DNA of 63,622 nt, counting the filler, from Phoronis australis (taxonomy: Eukaryota; Animalia; Phoronida), in the NCBI GenBank assembly GCA_002633005.1. It is 9 parts of 9 records of this genome, joined end to end, with 100 filler letters (N's around TTAATTAATTAA, not from the genome) between each part and the next. Parts side by side here need not be neighbours in the genome. Positions count along the whole stretch, not along the records: positions 9,669 to 19,785 come from NMRA01001768.1; positions 19,886 to 25,374 come from NMRA01002327.1; positions 25,475 to 28,390 come from NMRA01000745.1; 6 more parts are not named here. One strand, written 5' to 3'. Both the position numbers and the translations under genes were made by a program. Position 1 is the first letter of the stretch. The number at the start of each line of letters is the position of its first letter. The notes below the pieces were generated by a model. The model did no database searches and had not been told where the DNA came from. It was given only the letters and a program-made list of their open reading frames with translations. This document shows, one piece after another, positions 13,206 through 25,930 of the stretch.

Positions 13206-13687
13206 CTGGAAACAGATGCAACAATGTAACCATGACAACTGGACATTCAGCTTAAAAGCTAATCAAATATTTTTCAATAACATGATCACAACAGCTAACC
13301 AAGGCCGTGTCTTTTTACCTCGGTTGTAATATTGATTTCCAGAGAGGTAGATTCATTAAGACTGAAATGAAACCAAAAAACACGGGAAGGCAGATCCACA
13401 GGCTCTGTTTGACAGCACAGGGTCAACACTGTAATCAAGTGATTTAACAAAGGTGCCTATGAACACCAACAGGAGGCATGGTCGAGAACTGAATTGAAAA
13501 CTATAATTGGATACAACTATGATTCATGAAAAAACAACTTGCAAATTTGTAAGTTAGGGTAGAATAGAAGAGTATACAGCTTACAAAAAAACGAACATCT
13601 TACAAACTAAGGCAAAATGTAAAACAATGAAAATGCCTGTGCAAAGAAGACAGTTAAACCAGATCAAAAAAATTGCTGAATACGTAC

Positions 13688-13828
13688 ATTAGCCTTTGGT
13701 CCCCTCCATGCAATATAGACCATTCCATGTTCCTCATCATCAGAAGGGTACGGGTGCAGCTTTTCCACAGTAGAGGGGAGTTTAGGTACCGAGCTTTGCC
13801 AAGGCCTAACATGGTCTGGGAGTTTTCC
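13688..13828 (-). CDS. C05D11.1-like M16 peptidase exon
   Basis: GKLPDHVRPWQSSVPKLPSTVEKLHPYPSDDEEHGMVYIAWRGPKAN; 141 nt, AG/GT, in phase. Confidence 0.88.
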
Positions 13829-14838
13829 CTGGTAAGAAATGCAATAACAAAGTACAATTACCATGAATGACATTGTAAACTCAGCAATATAAAACTTAAA
13901 TAAAAAGATTTCACATATTGTATTGTAAATTTTGCAAAAACGTGAAATTCAATTCCTTGAACACTATGTCTACATACGTCATATCAACGTGAAGGTTTTG
14001 TTTGATATTGACAGATTCCTATTTTGTAGTAATTTCTAAGAGAAATTCAATAAATTGTGACATTTTTAATCCACATGCCGCATCTCTAAATCACAGATAC
14101 TATGCCCACATTGAGGTTTGTGATAGCGCATTCACATATATCCAACAGAATACTTCAAATTTGACAATAAACGTTTGCCTTTTCCGCCTCTATTGTCTGC
14201 GTATTGTTGCATAGTCATTCTCAGTTTAACTCTAAGGAGATGGCCAACAGGGAGTGTGCAAGCCATATGTAACAAAAAAGTTGGAGTTAGTTGAGATCAG
14301 CTGGCACACTGTAAAGGTGCATTTGCTATGCTAATGTATAGCAGAAACTAGACGACTCACAATGCTACTTGAACAGAATCTACGAGAAGCACAATACAGT
14401 ATATTCATTGACAGCTTGTAAATGTGAAAACAAAACAAAAAATCTGCAAGTACGTGACCTTTGCACTAATGACGTACCTCGCGGGCTCACATAGCCCGCG
14501 TCATGCAGTGTTATTCTCCAACATGTCACCATACTTACTGGACACAGTTGAGTGATTTGGGGTGGATCATTTTCAACACAAAATTCGTTCTTAAAAACAT
14601 TTGCCAATTTTCAACCAACTTCTGTCACATTTACAGCAAAATCTTGTGTTTCTAACTAATTTGACCAAGCACTTGCAGAACTAAAGAATAAGCGTGCAAG
14701 TTTCACTTGAAGGCGTCTTTAATCCTGCTCTTCGTCACAAAACAATTTAGATTTCGACCACTTAGTTATAAATTGGCCTCAAATTTTTCCATGAGGCAAA
14801 TTTGGTATATGATTTGAGGGCTATGAAAGAACTGGCAG

Positions 14839-15025
14839 TTTGTTATAGCTCGTTATCAGGCTCTACAGGTTGGCTTGCCCCGTTTGTTATTGCTCTATAT
14901 CAGGCTCTACAGGTTGGCTAGCCACGGATTGTTATTGCTCGATAACAAGCTCTACAGTTTGGCTTGCCTCATTTGTTATTGCTTGGTATCAGGCTCTACA
15001 AGTTGGCTTGCCACGGTTTGTCATT
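14839..15025. repeat. ~44-bp degenerate minisatellite, ~4 copies (intronic)
   Basis: TTTGTTATTGCT...CAGGCTCTACAGGTTGGCT at 14839, 14883, 14928, 14972. Confidence 0.85.
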
Positions 15026-15303
15026 TTATGTGACAAGCATGATCTCGATGAAACTATCACTTCTTTGTAAACCCAGAAATCATTTCTCAATGAAGTAAGG
15101 GACGCGTCAAGACCAGCTTAATAGTAGTCAGTGGTCTGAGTCAAAAATTCGCTTCTCGGACGGGACACAAGTTTGCAGCCGCTTTAAATTTTTGTTAATA
15201 ACTTCTGAAAGGATTTGTAATTTGCACCAGGCTCATGTAGCAGTTTGTTGATACTAGTTACAGTGCAAGGAATGTGCATGACAACTGAATACTATAATGT
15301 TAC

Positions 15304-15426
15304 CTTTGAGAGGATTTTATTCTCAAAAGGCTTGAGAGATTCAAACACCTTTGTTGCCTCAATTTGCCCAGTGATGACAAGGCACAGGTTCTCTGGACGG
15401 TAGAATGTCTTGTGGTAGCTTCGCAC
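15304..15426 (-). CDS. C05D11.1-like M16 peptidase exon
   Basis: VRSYHKTFYRPENLCLVITGQIEATKVFESLKPFENKILSK; YH..FY.P.N M16 motif; 123 nt, AG/GT. Confidence 0.9.
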
Positions 15427-15568
15427 CTAAAATTACACCAAAGACTTAGTCAAGAGTAAAACTAATAGAATATAAAACAAGAGCAATGCAGGGTATTGAA
15501 TTGCGCCCATAACTGCAAGGCAAATAGTGTGCTCCTAATGGTGGTCTTTAATAACAGGAAAATTTCCA

Positions 15569-16584
15569 TCAGATGGCGCAGAATACATAAAAACCCGACC
15601 ACAATTGAGAAAGCTTCATCGCCTCTCTATTACAGAAATATTTGTCAACTTTCATGAAAATACACCAATCAAAGGACTCTAAAGATACAGAGGCAGATGT
15701 AAAAAAACAAATTGCCACCAGAGGGCACAGCAGTATTCCAATCCCTCCATCTGCTATCAGGTTGATAGGAATAGGAATAGGAATAGGACTAGACTCAACA
15801 AATTGTGATCTTGCAAGGGGTTTAGTAGATAGGACCACAGATGCAAATTAAATGACGTCATCAGGGGTACCACAGTAGTTGGACTCACCTGAAAATCCCC
15901 ACCAGTCGTGCTCATGTCAATAGGAACACATCCTTCACTTTCCATAACAATCCTCAGAGGGGTTAGTAAATACAGAAGCAGATGGTAAAAAAGAAGACTC
16001 AAGAATCTAGCAAGGTGCCCCCTCAACCACTTTACAAATTTGTTTTGTCGACTCGATCTCACATACAGCATCTAAGTACNTCAGATGGCGCAGAATACAT
16101 AAAAACCCGACCACAATTGAGAAAGCTTCATCGCCTCTCTATTACAGAAATATTTGTCAACTTTCATGAAAATACACCAATCAAAGGACTCTAAAGATAC
16201 AGAGGCAGATGTAAAAAACAAATTGCCACCAGAGGGCACAGCAGTATTCCAATCCCTCCATCTGCTATCAGGTTGATAGGAATAGGAATAGGACTAGACT
16301 CAACAAATTGTGATCTTGCAAGGGGTTTAGTAGATAGGACCACAGATGCAAATTAAATGACGTCATCAGGGATACCACAGTAGTTGGACTCACCTGAAAA
16401 TCCCCACCAGTCGTGCTCATGTCAATAGGAACATATCCTTCACTTTCCATAACAATCCTCAGAGGGGTTAGTGAATACAGAAGCAGATGGTAAAAAAGAG
16501 GACTCAACGATCTAGCAAGGTGCCCCCTCAACCACTTTACAAATTTGTTTTGTCGACTCGATCTCACATACAGCATCTAAGTAC
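15569..16584. repeat. ~510-bp direct duplication across a single n (probable unmerged haplotype overlap)
   Basis: 15569-16079 vs 16081-16584 differ by a few substitutions and small indels, including one TAGGAA unit. Confidence 0.85.
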
Positions 16585-16589
16585 ACCAC

Positions 16590-16815
16590 GTAGACCTCCC
16601 TCACCATGACACCCCATACTCACATAGACCTCCCTCACCATGACACCCCATACCCACATAGACCTCCCTCACCATGACACCCCATACTCACATAGACCTC
16701 TCTCATCGCGGCACCCCATACTCACATAGACCTCCCTCACCATGACCCCCCCATACTGACATAGACCTCCCTCATACTGACACAGACCTCACTCACCATA
16801 ACACCCCATACTAAC
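16590..16815. repeat. 34-bp minisatellite, ~6.5 copies, abutting a splice donor
   Basis: Unit CATAGACCTCCCTCACCATGACACCCCATACTCA at 16623, 16657, 16691, ... Confidence 0.9.
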
Positions 16816-17025
16816 CTTTTCATTGGTTGTACTCTTCCTCAAGTTCTCCATCCTTCCTCCCGTCTCGGATTTGTAACCGCACTTGCCCGGGTAAATCTCC
16901 CGCAACATGGTAAGGTGAGTGCGGTTCTCGCCAGTGTTCTCACAGCCTTGCATCTCACAGTAGACTACACCGGCGTCCTCGCCCTCTCCATTCACATGGT
17001 GAACCTCCGTAATGAATGCAGAGTC
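16816..17025 (-). CDS. C05D11.1-like M16 peptidase exon
   Basis: DSAFITEVHHVNGEGEDAGVVYCEMQGCEN...YKSETGGRMENLRKSTTNEK; GVVYxEM metal-ligand motif; 210 nt, AG/GT. Confidence 0.92.
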
Positions 17026-17779
17026 CTACAGGGGGCATTGCAGTTAGAGTATAAAGAAATTTTAAAGCAAGATGACGTGCGCACCTCAGTGGGTCACAGC
17101 TAATTTGACCACTATGTTGCCACATGCACACAGGATTCCAAGTTGTTTTAATTCTGCATTCATTACAAGAAATATCTAAAGTGTTGAAATAAAGGTCGGC
17201 TAAAAGTCGATGGTTATTTTCCAAAACTGCAAAATTTACTTATTTATGATCTCTCGTCAACCCAAATTTCTTTCCTCCTTAGGGTCTATAGTTTCTCTGA
17301 ATGATAGCCTGCTTCAAATTCACTGTCAGACTGAGCATTGGTTGGTGAGTGTCTACGTGTGTGTATGAGCGCATGTGCGTGTGAATCATCACACATTCAT
17401 TTACACGTACCTCTTTACATATATTATTAAAGTCAAGTCATGAAAAAGATCTGAAATAAGACTTTCCGAGGATTAACCACGACTGCACCGAGTGTAGAAC
17501 GCATCAGTGTGCTCCACCAGCCTGCTGTTATCATAGTCTGAAGTTGGAGATCTTGTCAACTCAGAAAGTGTACACACATTAAAGTATTGTAAAACTGGCA
17601 CTGGGGTAAGACAAAATCTGACTTGTTATTTGGGCTGAGTCTATCACACAGAAACGTTCTACATACAACCGGATTTGATTGTGGGTAGAACTGTACTGTT
17701 ACCAACAAGAAGAACTGTAACAATTAGATACAGTAAATATATAGACGCTGAGGTTGGCCAGCAGAGAAATATATCAAAA

Positions 17780-17850
17780 AAACACAGAAAATCAGGAACC
17801 TCAACTGGGAATCGAACCTCACCTCTCTAGATTGACGGTTTAATGTCTAA
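17780..17850 (-). mobile_element. Truncated inverted copy of the same tRNA-derived element
   Basis: Reverse complement TCTAGAGAGGTGAGGTTCGATTCCCAGTTGAGGTTCCTGATTTTCTGTGTTT matches 17965-18016. Confidence 0.75.
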
Positions 17851-17924
17851 AACTCATGTGAATAAGGCGAAATGCCACTCACGGGATTTATGACATAACA
17901 ATTGACTGTAATTGCACATATATA

Positions 17925-18016
17925 GGTCCTCAGTAGCTCAGTGGTGAGAGCACTAGACCTGAAATCTAGAGAACTGTGGTTCGATTCCAAGTTGGGGTTC
18001 CTGATTTTCTGTGTTT
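17925..18016 (+). mobile_element. tRNA-derived SINE head / tRNA pseudogene
   Basis: Box A TAGCTCAGTGG, arm CTAGA-CCTGAAA-TCTAG, box B GGTTCGATTCC; mismatched T-stem and no U33, so not a functional tRNA. Confidence 0.7.
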
Positions 18017-18249
18017 ATTTGAAACATTAATAAACCGCATTTCATGTAAAGTCCCCTGTATCCCGAATACTGTGTTTGCTTCGTATAAGGCTAAGGATAC
18101 CAAGACAATAGCCACTAACAGGGATCCCGCATTAAGAGAACCAGTTTGGTGCCAGTCGCTCAGTGGAGAATACTGGTTCTCAAAATGCATGATCCCTGCA
18201 TGTGGCTGTTATCCATGTGGATACATACTTGTTCATGCCAATAACTTAC

Positions 18250-18408
18250 AGTAAGCGTAGGGTAGAGAATGTGGTCAAGATATATAGGCATGAGCGTCAA
18301 GAACCCCTCACTGCCTGCAGTGGTCATCGTGTAGCAGGTGTGGTCAGTGTCCGTCCACGCGTTTGTGCCAGAAGCTAGACACCGATTAGCCAGCAGGTCC
18401 AGCACCCC
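18250..18408 (-). CDS. C05D11.1-like M16 (insulinase family) metallopeptidase, first visible exon
   Basis: GVLDLLANRCLASGTNAWTDTDHTCYTMTTAGSEGFLTLMPIYLDHILYPTLT; 159 nt, AG/GT bounded, phase 0-0; this segment follows the HXXEH motif in M16 peptidases. Confidence 0.9.
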
Positions 18409-20845
18409 CTGGTGACATAAACAAGACAACTGCAGAAGCTATGGTTGATAAAACTTTACTTGTCTCAGCTTGTGATATCTTTTCAGAATCATGGCTATGC
18501 CAAAATTTGTAGAACAGTGCAGAGTTTGTTAAAAATTACACATAAACTCTTAAGCCAAACAAACTGAAGGGCAAAGGCCACAAAGAATACTCTTACTTAA
18601 CATATTCAAACATTAGCTTTAAACTTTTGTTCTCAATTTCTCTGATTTGAAGAACTACAAAATATTTTGTGAATTTTTGACAACTTTATACCATTACTAG
18701 TAATGAGTTACAGTGATTTCTCTTACAGTTGTACGAACTACCTTTCCCTTGACAGCTTCATGTTCCAATTGACAAAATTGGGCATACTATCAGAGACGAA
18801 ACTCAAGTGTTTGATTTAACAGAGATAAAACACTGACAATAACAATGAATTGCTGACGGCAACGACGGCCTCGGAGATGGTAGTTTAGCAGTGTGAGTAA
18901 CAAATCATTGTAAGTCCCAAACGATGGCGTTACTTTAAAATACAATACTTGAACTTGAATGCTTTGCCACTTCATTCCCTTCTTATGTTCGCATACTTCA
19001 AAAACAAAGCCACTTTCAACACTTCTACTGCCAACGACAATGTCTGCCCCCACTGAGTTTCCAACTGCAGTGCACAACATAAAACATGCATTCGAAAAAT
19101 CAGGCCAGACCCTGTGACAATGGGTTTGCCAACCCTACCAATTTGACTTAGGTGAGAAGCTCTCTGATTTTGAAGAATTCCCACTCACAGACAAGCATCA
19201 AATTCTCCCTATTTTGATGGAATTCCCCCGACTTTGAACTAGTTCTCCCAGTTTTCTAAAAGTGTAATGACCAGGTGTGTGGTAACTACGAGGACAGTGT
19301 GCTGCACTATGTTTCTGCAGCCTCTTCATTTCGAAACTCAAAGGTTGGCACAACGTAAGTGAATATTTGTGAATCATCTTGAACAGATAAAAAATGGAAG
19401 CCAAGGATTGTTTTTCACTTATTGCATCTCAGTCTGACATTAGATTAGCCTGCACCAATGTCGCTGGTGTCTTCAGAAATTTTGACAACTGTACACACAA
19501 GCATCAGTTTACTCAGGGTCGATCAGAACTAACTGAGAAAGAACGTTATGAGCCCTGATGTTTAATTGGAAATCCTCAAAGTTAAGAGGGTGCCTAGTAC
19601 AGTAGTGGGGACTTATTCACAAAAAGAATACGTGAGCGTAGTCGTTAACGCGAATGTTTGTCGTATAAGAAATTGAAAGACTGCAATATAGTAAGAAATG
19701 TTATTATAATACGATGTTGTGCAGCAAACTACACCAGATGGCGTCACTGTGTGTATATCATTATCATCTACCATTTTTGGCCATCNNNNNNNNNNNNNNN
19801 NNNNNNNNNNNNNNNNNNNNNNNNNNNNNTTAATTAATTAANNNNNNNNNNNNNNNNNNNNNNNNNNNNNNNNNNNNNNNNNNNNATATCACATCAAAAA
19901 ACCGGCTTAAACGGCGTTAAGAGGTTTTTTTCTTCTATAACTCGGACCATAGGCCTTTAAGTGAAGTTAAGCGCTGGCCGCCAAAACAACCTCAACCCCA
20001 GGGACGGCTGATATATCAGCAATTGTAAGCTAATTTGAATTTCAAGTGATCATACAATTCCCCTTTTAAATATGATGAGAAAGAACTACAGTTTGTATTT
20101 GAAGTAACACGTAAACACTGTTCAAGCGGACGGTTCAGGTCGGCCACTATCCTACAAAGCATTACAGTAGGTTGACATTTACCAAAAACAGATAATTGTT
20201 TTTGGCGCAACGCGTTTTCGAATGTGATTTAAAATTGTTCAAGTTGTCAGCAATGAAAGTATTGTGGTTTAAAGATGTTTACCTTAAGATGACACCAACT
20301 TGGTCACTTTGGACTGCGTATCAGCTGCACTGGGGTGCTTTGAATAAGACGTTTTACCCCTAAAGATACAATTTCCCACAGTACGAGCTTCTAATGTCTA
20401 CCGTTCGGTGTCGCTGATGCGTGTAAAATGTATTGTCATCTCTGCAATGATTGGCGATTTGTTCATTCTCCAATGTGTGTCTATGATACAAGTACACCGC
20501 TCTTTCCCAGTTCTACGAAAGGGGGCACTGTACCCGCTAGGATTTGCCTGTCACTGAATGGACTTGTTACCTCTCGTGCACTCTGTTGAAAATGCCGAAC
20601 AAAACAAAAGCCGGGAGTCACTTCACATCTAAACCGCTACACATGACCACAGAAACTTTATTCAGTCTCGTATTTTTGGCCCTTTCATTTCCACTGAAAC
20701 GAAAAGTGAAGCTCCGGAAAATGGTGGTGAAACGCAAAATTGATTGTTTTCTGAGCCTAGGTTATGCCTCCACTTCCCTGCCAACGGTGTACTTAAGCGA
20801 TCAATACATGTAGATAGTAAAAGCAAATTTCCGACAGCTTCCAAT

Positions 20846-21061
20846 GGGGGGCTCAGGGGGATCGAACGAGCCCCCTCATTTGGCGAAGTGGGCAAAAAAA
20901 CAAAAACTCCGAAAAAAGTAGAAAAGTCGACTAAAAAGGCAGGAACTACCAATATTCGGCGAATGCACAATCCATAGCTCTGAACGTACCTGTGAATCTT
21001 AGTATAAGGTCCACATTCTCGAAAATTCGAGCCCCCCATTTTTAGGCTGGGTGCGCGCATG
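20846..21061 (+). mobile_element. ~230-bp MITE family A (TIR CATGCGCGCACCCAG), copy 1
   Basis: Ends in CTGGGTGCGCGCATG; internal GCTCTGAACGTACC and GAGCCCCCCATTTTTAGG shared with three other copies. Confidence 0.75.
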
Positions 21062-22484
21062 CCATTCAACTAGAGTTTTGCAATTCTGCTTTGCTTGAGG
21101 GCTACCAGAAATCGCATCAGATTTTGCAGTCGCTTCGCAGAAATGCAACGATGCTTTTCTCATTCCCAACGTGTTTATAAATACAAGCAAACCCGATTCA
21201 CTTGACCTATTGCTAATGCTTGCCTGAAAACGACTGCCACCAAACCAGGCCTACCCCATGTTTGGCACAACAAATTACCCGCGGCTACAGTCTAACTTAA
21301 CAGTATCACAAAACCATGGATTGGTCATGTAACATGGCTTTTCATTGGTTAGCAGAACGAAGCAACATTCGGACATTCCTATTGGTAAGATTCAAATATC
21401 CCGATTGGTTGAGAAATGCATCAGCATACAGCTCTATCTATTGAAACATGCCTTTGTGGATAGCAGTTGCTGCATCCTTCAAAACTGAGTATTCGATTCA
21501 TTCCACACAAGTTTTTTTGCCCACACAAGATTACAAGGCTTCAAACAAGACAACAAAACAATTCACTATACTTCTTCGTACCACACGTTTACAACAAACG
21601 TTCAAACCAAAATATGCACCCTGATGAACACGCAAAGAATTCCGAGTGTCATCATCATTTCTCAAGGTCACTTTTCCATATAGGTGGCGTAGTCGCAGAG
21701 GGTGTGATCCAACCATGGAACTCTAGAAATAGAATGCCAAGTTTGATCTGGCGCGACTGAAGATGCGCAGCGCATGTTTGGTTAGCTGTTTTTATTCGTT
21801 TGTTGCGGTGTTATTACTTTCTATGAATTAGGGGGGAATTTTTGTTTCGTACAAACGAATAAAGCTTAGAACTGTTATCACCGAACAAATTTCTTTATAT
21901 TTTCGGAAATATTTTGCGGTTTAATGGCCCCAAACATTGACAAACGGAGGATCATGTGCTTGCAATTCGACGATTCTGGAAGCCGGCCTTGGGTATTATC
22001 GCTGTCTTGCTGATGGGCGCAACATAAAATCATCTAGACATTTTACAATAATTCCAAAAGTTTGCCATTTTCATAAACCTATAAAAACCAGTACTCTTAC
22101 AACCAGGTAAACATTGCACAACTCAATTATTATCATAGAACAATGTATACAGTAATTCCGCACACACAAATATACAAAATACAGTCGCACACTTATAAAA
22201 TTACGCAATGAAATACACAAGCAGTTTTTCGAAAGTGACGTAAACATATTTGTTATAGTATATTTTTCATTTATAATAGCAGAACAAACACACAGAAAGT
22301 AAACGTCATTTCTAATCCTTAAAACATGGTTTTAACACGCCAAAATGTCTTGTTGTCATGGACGCGTAAGCGTGTCAGAAATGACTCACCACGTGTCAGA
22401 AATGACTCGTCACAAGGCGATGCTCAGCGCTTTCCATAGGCTACCAGTCTAACTTGTACAAAGCGACACGTTTCAACTCTGTAT

Positions 22485-24400
22485 TTAAGGTTATGTAGGA
22501 CCTTATCGACAAGTTAAATACATTTAGTCAAATATCTACAAAACTATACAATGCAACCCAGCAAAAGTTTGTATTTTATGAAAGTAGAAATTCAGTAAAA
22601 TTTGATTTTTGAATTGATATCAGTTTGCCATTTATTAGGTCAAGTAACCTTGCTTTTTAAGGAAAATTTAGAAAAAAGAAAAGTATGTTCATGTCAAAAT
22701 AATGAGATCATTAACAGAACCAGATTTCGCATCAATGTTCATGGCAAAATAACAAGATCATTAACAGAATCACATTTCGCATTATATGAATGTTCATGGC
22801 AAAATCTCAAAACGCTGTAAAAAGTTACAATTTTCTAAATTCAACGTTTCGTTTTCGCCTTCTGCAACTTCAAATGTTTCACAAAATCACCAAATAAGTC
22901 ATACATTTGATAGCACCTCATACAAATGAGAAAATAAAAAAATAATTCCTAATATCGCTTTGCAGAACATTGTGTAAAGTATAGTAGCTGAAAGTTTCAC
23001 GTGAACCCGATCAGCCATTTCTGAAATACGATGTTCCGAAGTTGGTCAAAATTGGAATTTTTATGTGGTCCTAGACACTGTATTGTGAAAGCGAGCCTCT
23101 TTTTAGGTTTTAAAAACGATACATTTTGTGCTCAAATACAGCGCAAAGCTTGATTTTTTTGCTTGCCACGTTATATTCACAGGCGCTCGGATTTCCATAT
23201 CACTCATAACCATATATAAGAAACATAAAGTTTGGACACTTAAACTTTGCCAAGCCGAGGCTCCCAACTTCAACCGTCCAAAATCCAAATAAAATCTGCG
23301 TGCACCTCCCTCAGTCTGGTGTTGCATAAACCTTCGAAGCTTTATCTTTCCCAGATCCCATTAACTGTCTTCGTGAGTGGTGAATTGGCGATGGAATTTC
23401 CAAAACAATCTCAAAACTCTGAATTCAAGGACCTGAAATAGTAAACATGGCGGATTTCAGTTGTGCTTCAACTTGTACGCCTGACGTAGGTGAAACTTCG
23501 AGTTTGAGCAAGCAACCTATATTTCAAATTCAATTATAACTCTAATCCAAAACTCAACTAATTGAGAATGTTAAAGTTAGTATTTTAATGATTATTTGTA
23601 ACTTTATTCCACTGACGGCTCATTTTAGCCCTTAACTTAGAATTTTATTGCATAAACTGGCGTATCTTGTTTCTCATCTTGACATCACGCACTTTTTTGA
23701 TTGAAGCACAACACACACTCGGCTAGGAAACGCAGTCCGTGCAAGTATTACAATGCGCGTGGCCGACGAGTTAACTCAATGGTTTTGGCCAAAAGTAAAA
23801 CCTTCATAAGAAATCACAGTACACAAAAATTTCGCTTATCAATACAGTATCAGGATAATTTATATTTGACACAAATATGTGAGTAATTACATTTATTTGG
23901 CAATAAAGTGCTCTCTGATTCTCATGATCAAGTAGTCGAGGGATTGACGGCGAAAGCAGCGCGAAATTAGACTTTCGGATTTAGCTCGGGAGCGTCCGTC
24001 AAAAACCCGGATGTGCGAAGACCGTCTGCCATGACATCACGGAATTAGGTGCTTGAATTTGTGATTTTGGCATTCTTTTGGTATTTTTGTCGCCAAATCA
24101 CCACTCGAAGGCAATTTGAAGAGATCAAATGAAAGAAGGTATTCCAAGAGTTGTTCGATGCTAGTTTCGTGGAGTTCCATGCGCATTTGAGTAGAAAATT
24201 CTGAGCAAACAGATTTCGAGTGTCCAACCTTTATGTTTTCTTATATGTATTATTGTGTGACGTCATTTGGGATCGAGGAACAGATAAACCCAAGCGCCTG
24301 ACGTGTGGTTATATTCATGTATCAAATGCATTGTTTTTAAAACTTAAAAAGAGGCTCACTACTAAAATGGCGACTGCATGAATGAGGCCTACAACCTTAA
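22485..24400. mobile_element. Non-autonomous DNA transposon with TTAA-GG...CC-TTAA ends (Kolobok-like) containing ~350-bp imperfect inverted repeats
   Basis: TTAA|GGTTATGTAGGACCTTAT at 22485 and ATGAGGCCTACAACC|TTAA at 24400; 23091-23440 is the imperfect reverse complement of 24045-24360. Confidence 0.6.
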
Positions 24401-25234
24401 GACATAAATTTCACAATAACACTGAAATTAATCCAATCAATAGAACAATAATACATTAGAAAGTGATTACAACAGTATTCACTAGTTGCATGAATTCGTC
24501 ACCATGCTTGAAAACGAGATGTTGCGTCCAAACTACAATGGTTCGGTTTGTATCACGCGCTCTTTCACGTTTGCGTTCTTAAAATTAATTCTAAAACGAG
24601 GCAATGCGTCCTAAGCAACAATGCACAGCAATCGTTTTTTGCAGCGCCACCAAAGTGTGCAAGTAGTGAATTGCTTTGCAATATAAGATGTCATGTATTG
24701 ACGTACAGACGCTCCGCTATCGCAGCCTGCTCAAAAGTGTAGCGTCGCGGAATGTTATAACGTAAGGGACACGAAAAGAAGACATCTTCCTTCTAGAACT
24801 ACACCTATCCGAGCAGTTAGGTTTGAGAAATATCTCTATGCAAATCTCATTCAGCCGACAAACAGCCATGAATAAACATGTGGACATGAGGCACCCTGAG
24901 CTAACAAACGTAAAATATCTTACATACAGTTTTTAGTTCTCATCCCCGACGAGTGTCATTCCAATTTCAGTCAAATTTGATAAATTTCAGTTTTGCAGAT
25001 TTTTTTCAATTACACGCTTCTTCGTCGATTAATTAGACCTTGATAATTCATGTAATTGATGTCAGCTTATGCGATCCAATCAATTAATCCTCTGTCATCG
25101 AATGAGTGTTGTAATCAATTACTTACCGTTTCATTGAATCAACATGACGTTCAATGGCGATTTTTCTATCCGTCGCATGTGGCGCTACAATTGACCTATC
25201 GCAAGCTCCGACCATTGCGTAATGTCGACAAACA

Positions 25235-25340
25235 AACAATAACTTTTACCGGGCAACATGTTGTTTGTCGGGTAAAATGGCGGCTTGGAAATGAAGGTGT
25301 GTCAAGAATGCTGCGTTTTGATTGGTTAGTTAAGCAGTCA
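25235..25340. repeat. Dispersed repeat; reverse-complement copy at ~50443-50550
   Basis: GGGTAAAATGGCGGCTTGGAAA...CAAGAATGCTGC..TGATTGG here and its reverse complement at 50455-50518. Confidence 0.7.
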
Positions 25341-25930
25341 CTCATAATCCTGGCGATAGGTCAAATGACACAAANNNNNNNNNNNNNNNNNNNNNNNNNN
25401 NNNNNNNNNNNNNNNNNNTTAATTAATTAANNNNNNNNNNNNNNNNNNNNNNNNNNNNNNNNNNNNNNNNNNNNTCCCGGGGAAAACGAATACAAAACGT
25501 AGTTTTTATCCTAACGGAGTTGTGGGTCTACATGCATACGACCGTTGACGTTGAAAACAAATGCTACGAGTTGCCTCAGGCCTCAGTCTGGTCATGAACA
25601 CAGAAAGTTGTGAAAAGAGATAAATCCTCCCCCTTATTCCTTAATTCAATTATTAAGTTGACATTTCGATGTTTCGATTTCATGTTAACGACTTACTTAA
25701 ACCACCAATTCAATTTTTGTTATCCATTTCTTACTTGGTTTGTTATAAGTCTCCCAGCACGTGACGTGTACAGGCTATGAACTGTGACCTACTTTTCTAA
25801 GTAGGTCGTACAAAACGGCAAAAGTTGGCTGCGAAACATAGGTCTATTTGAGGTTTTAATGATATTTAAGTTAGTCACGCACTGCAAAATTAGTTGACAT
25901 TGCAAGAAAACATTGAAATAGGTGACATAG

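Noticed and set aside
17925-18000. Functional tRNA gene
   Set aside because: T-stem mismatches, C at position 33, weak acceptor stem and a diverged inverted sibling nearby.
18739-18790. Missing HXXEH exon of the M16 peptidase (QLEH...)
   Set aside because: Reads QLEHEAVKGK, without the first His or the following F.GS motif.
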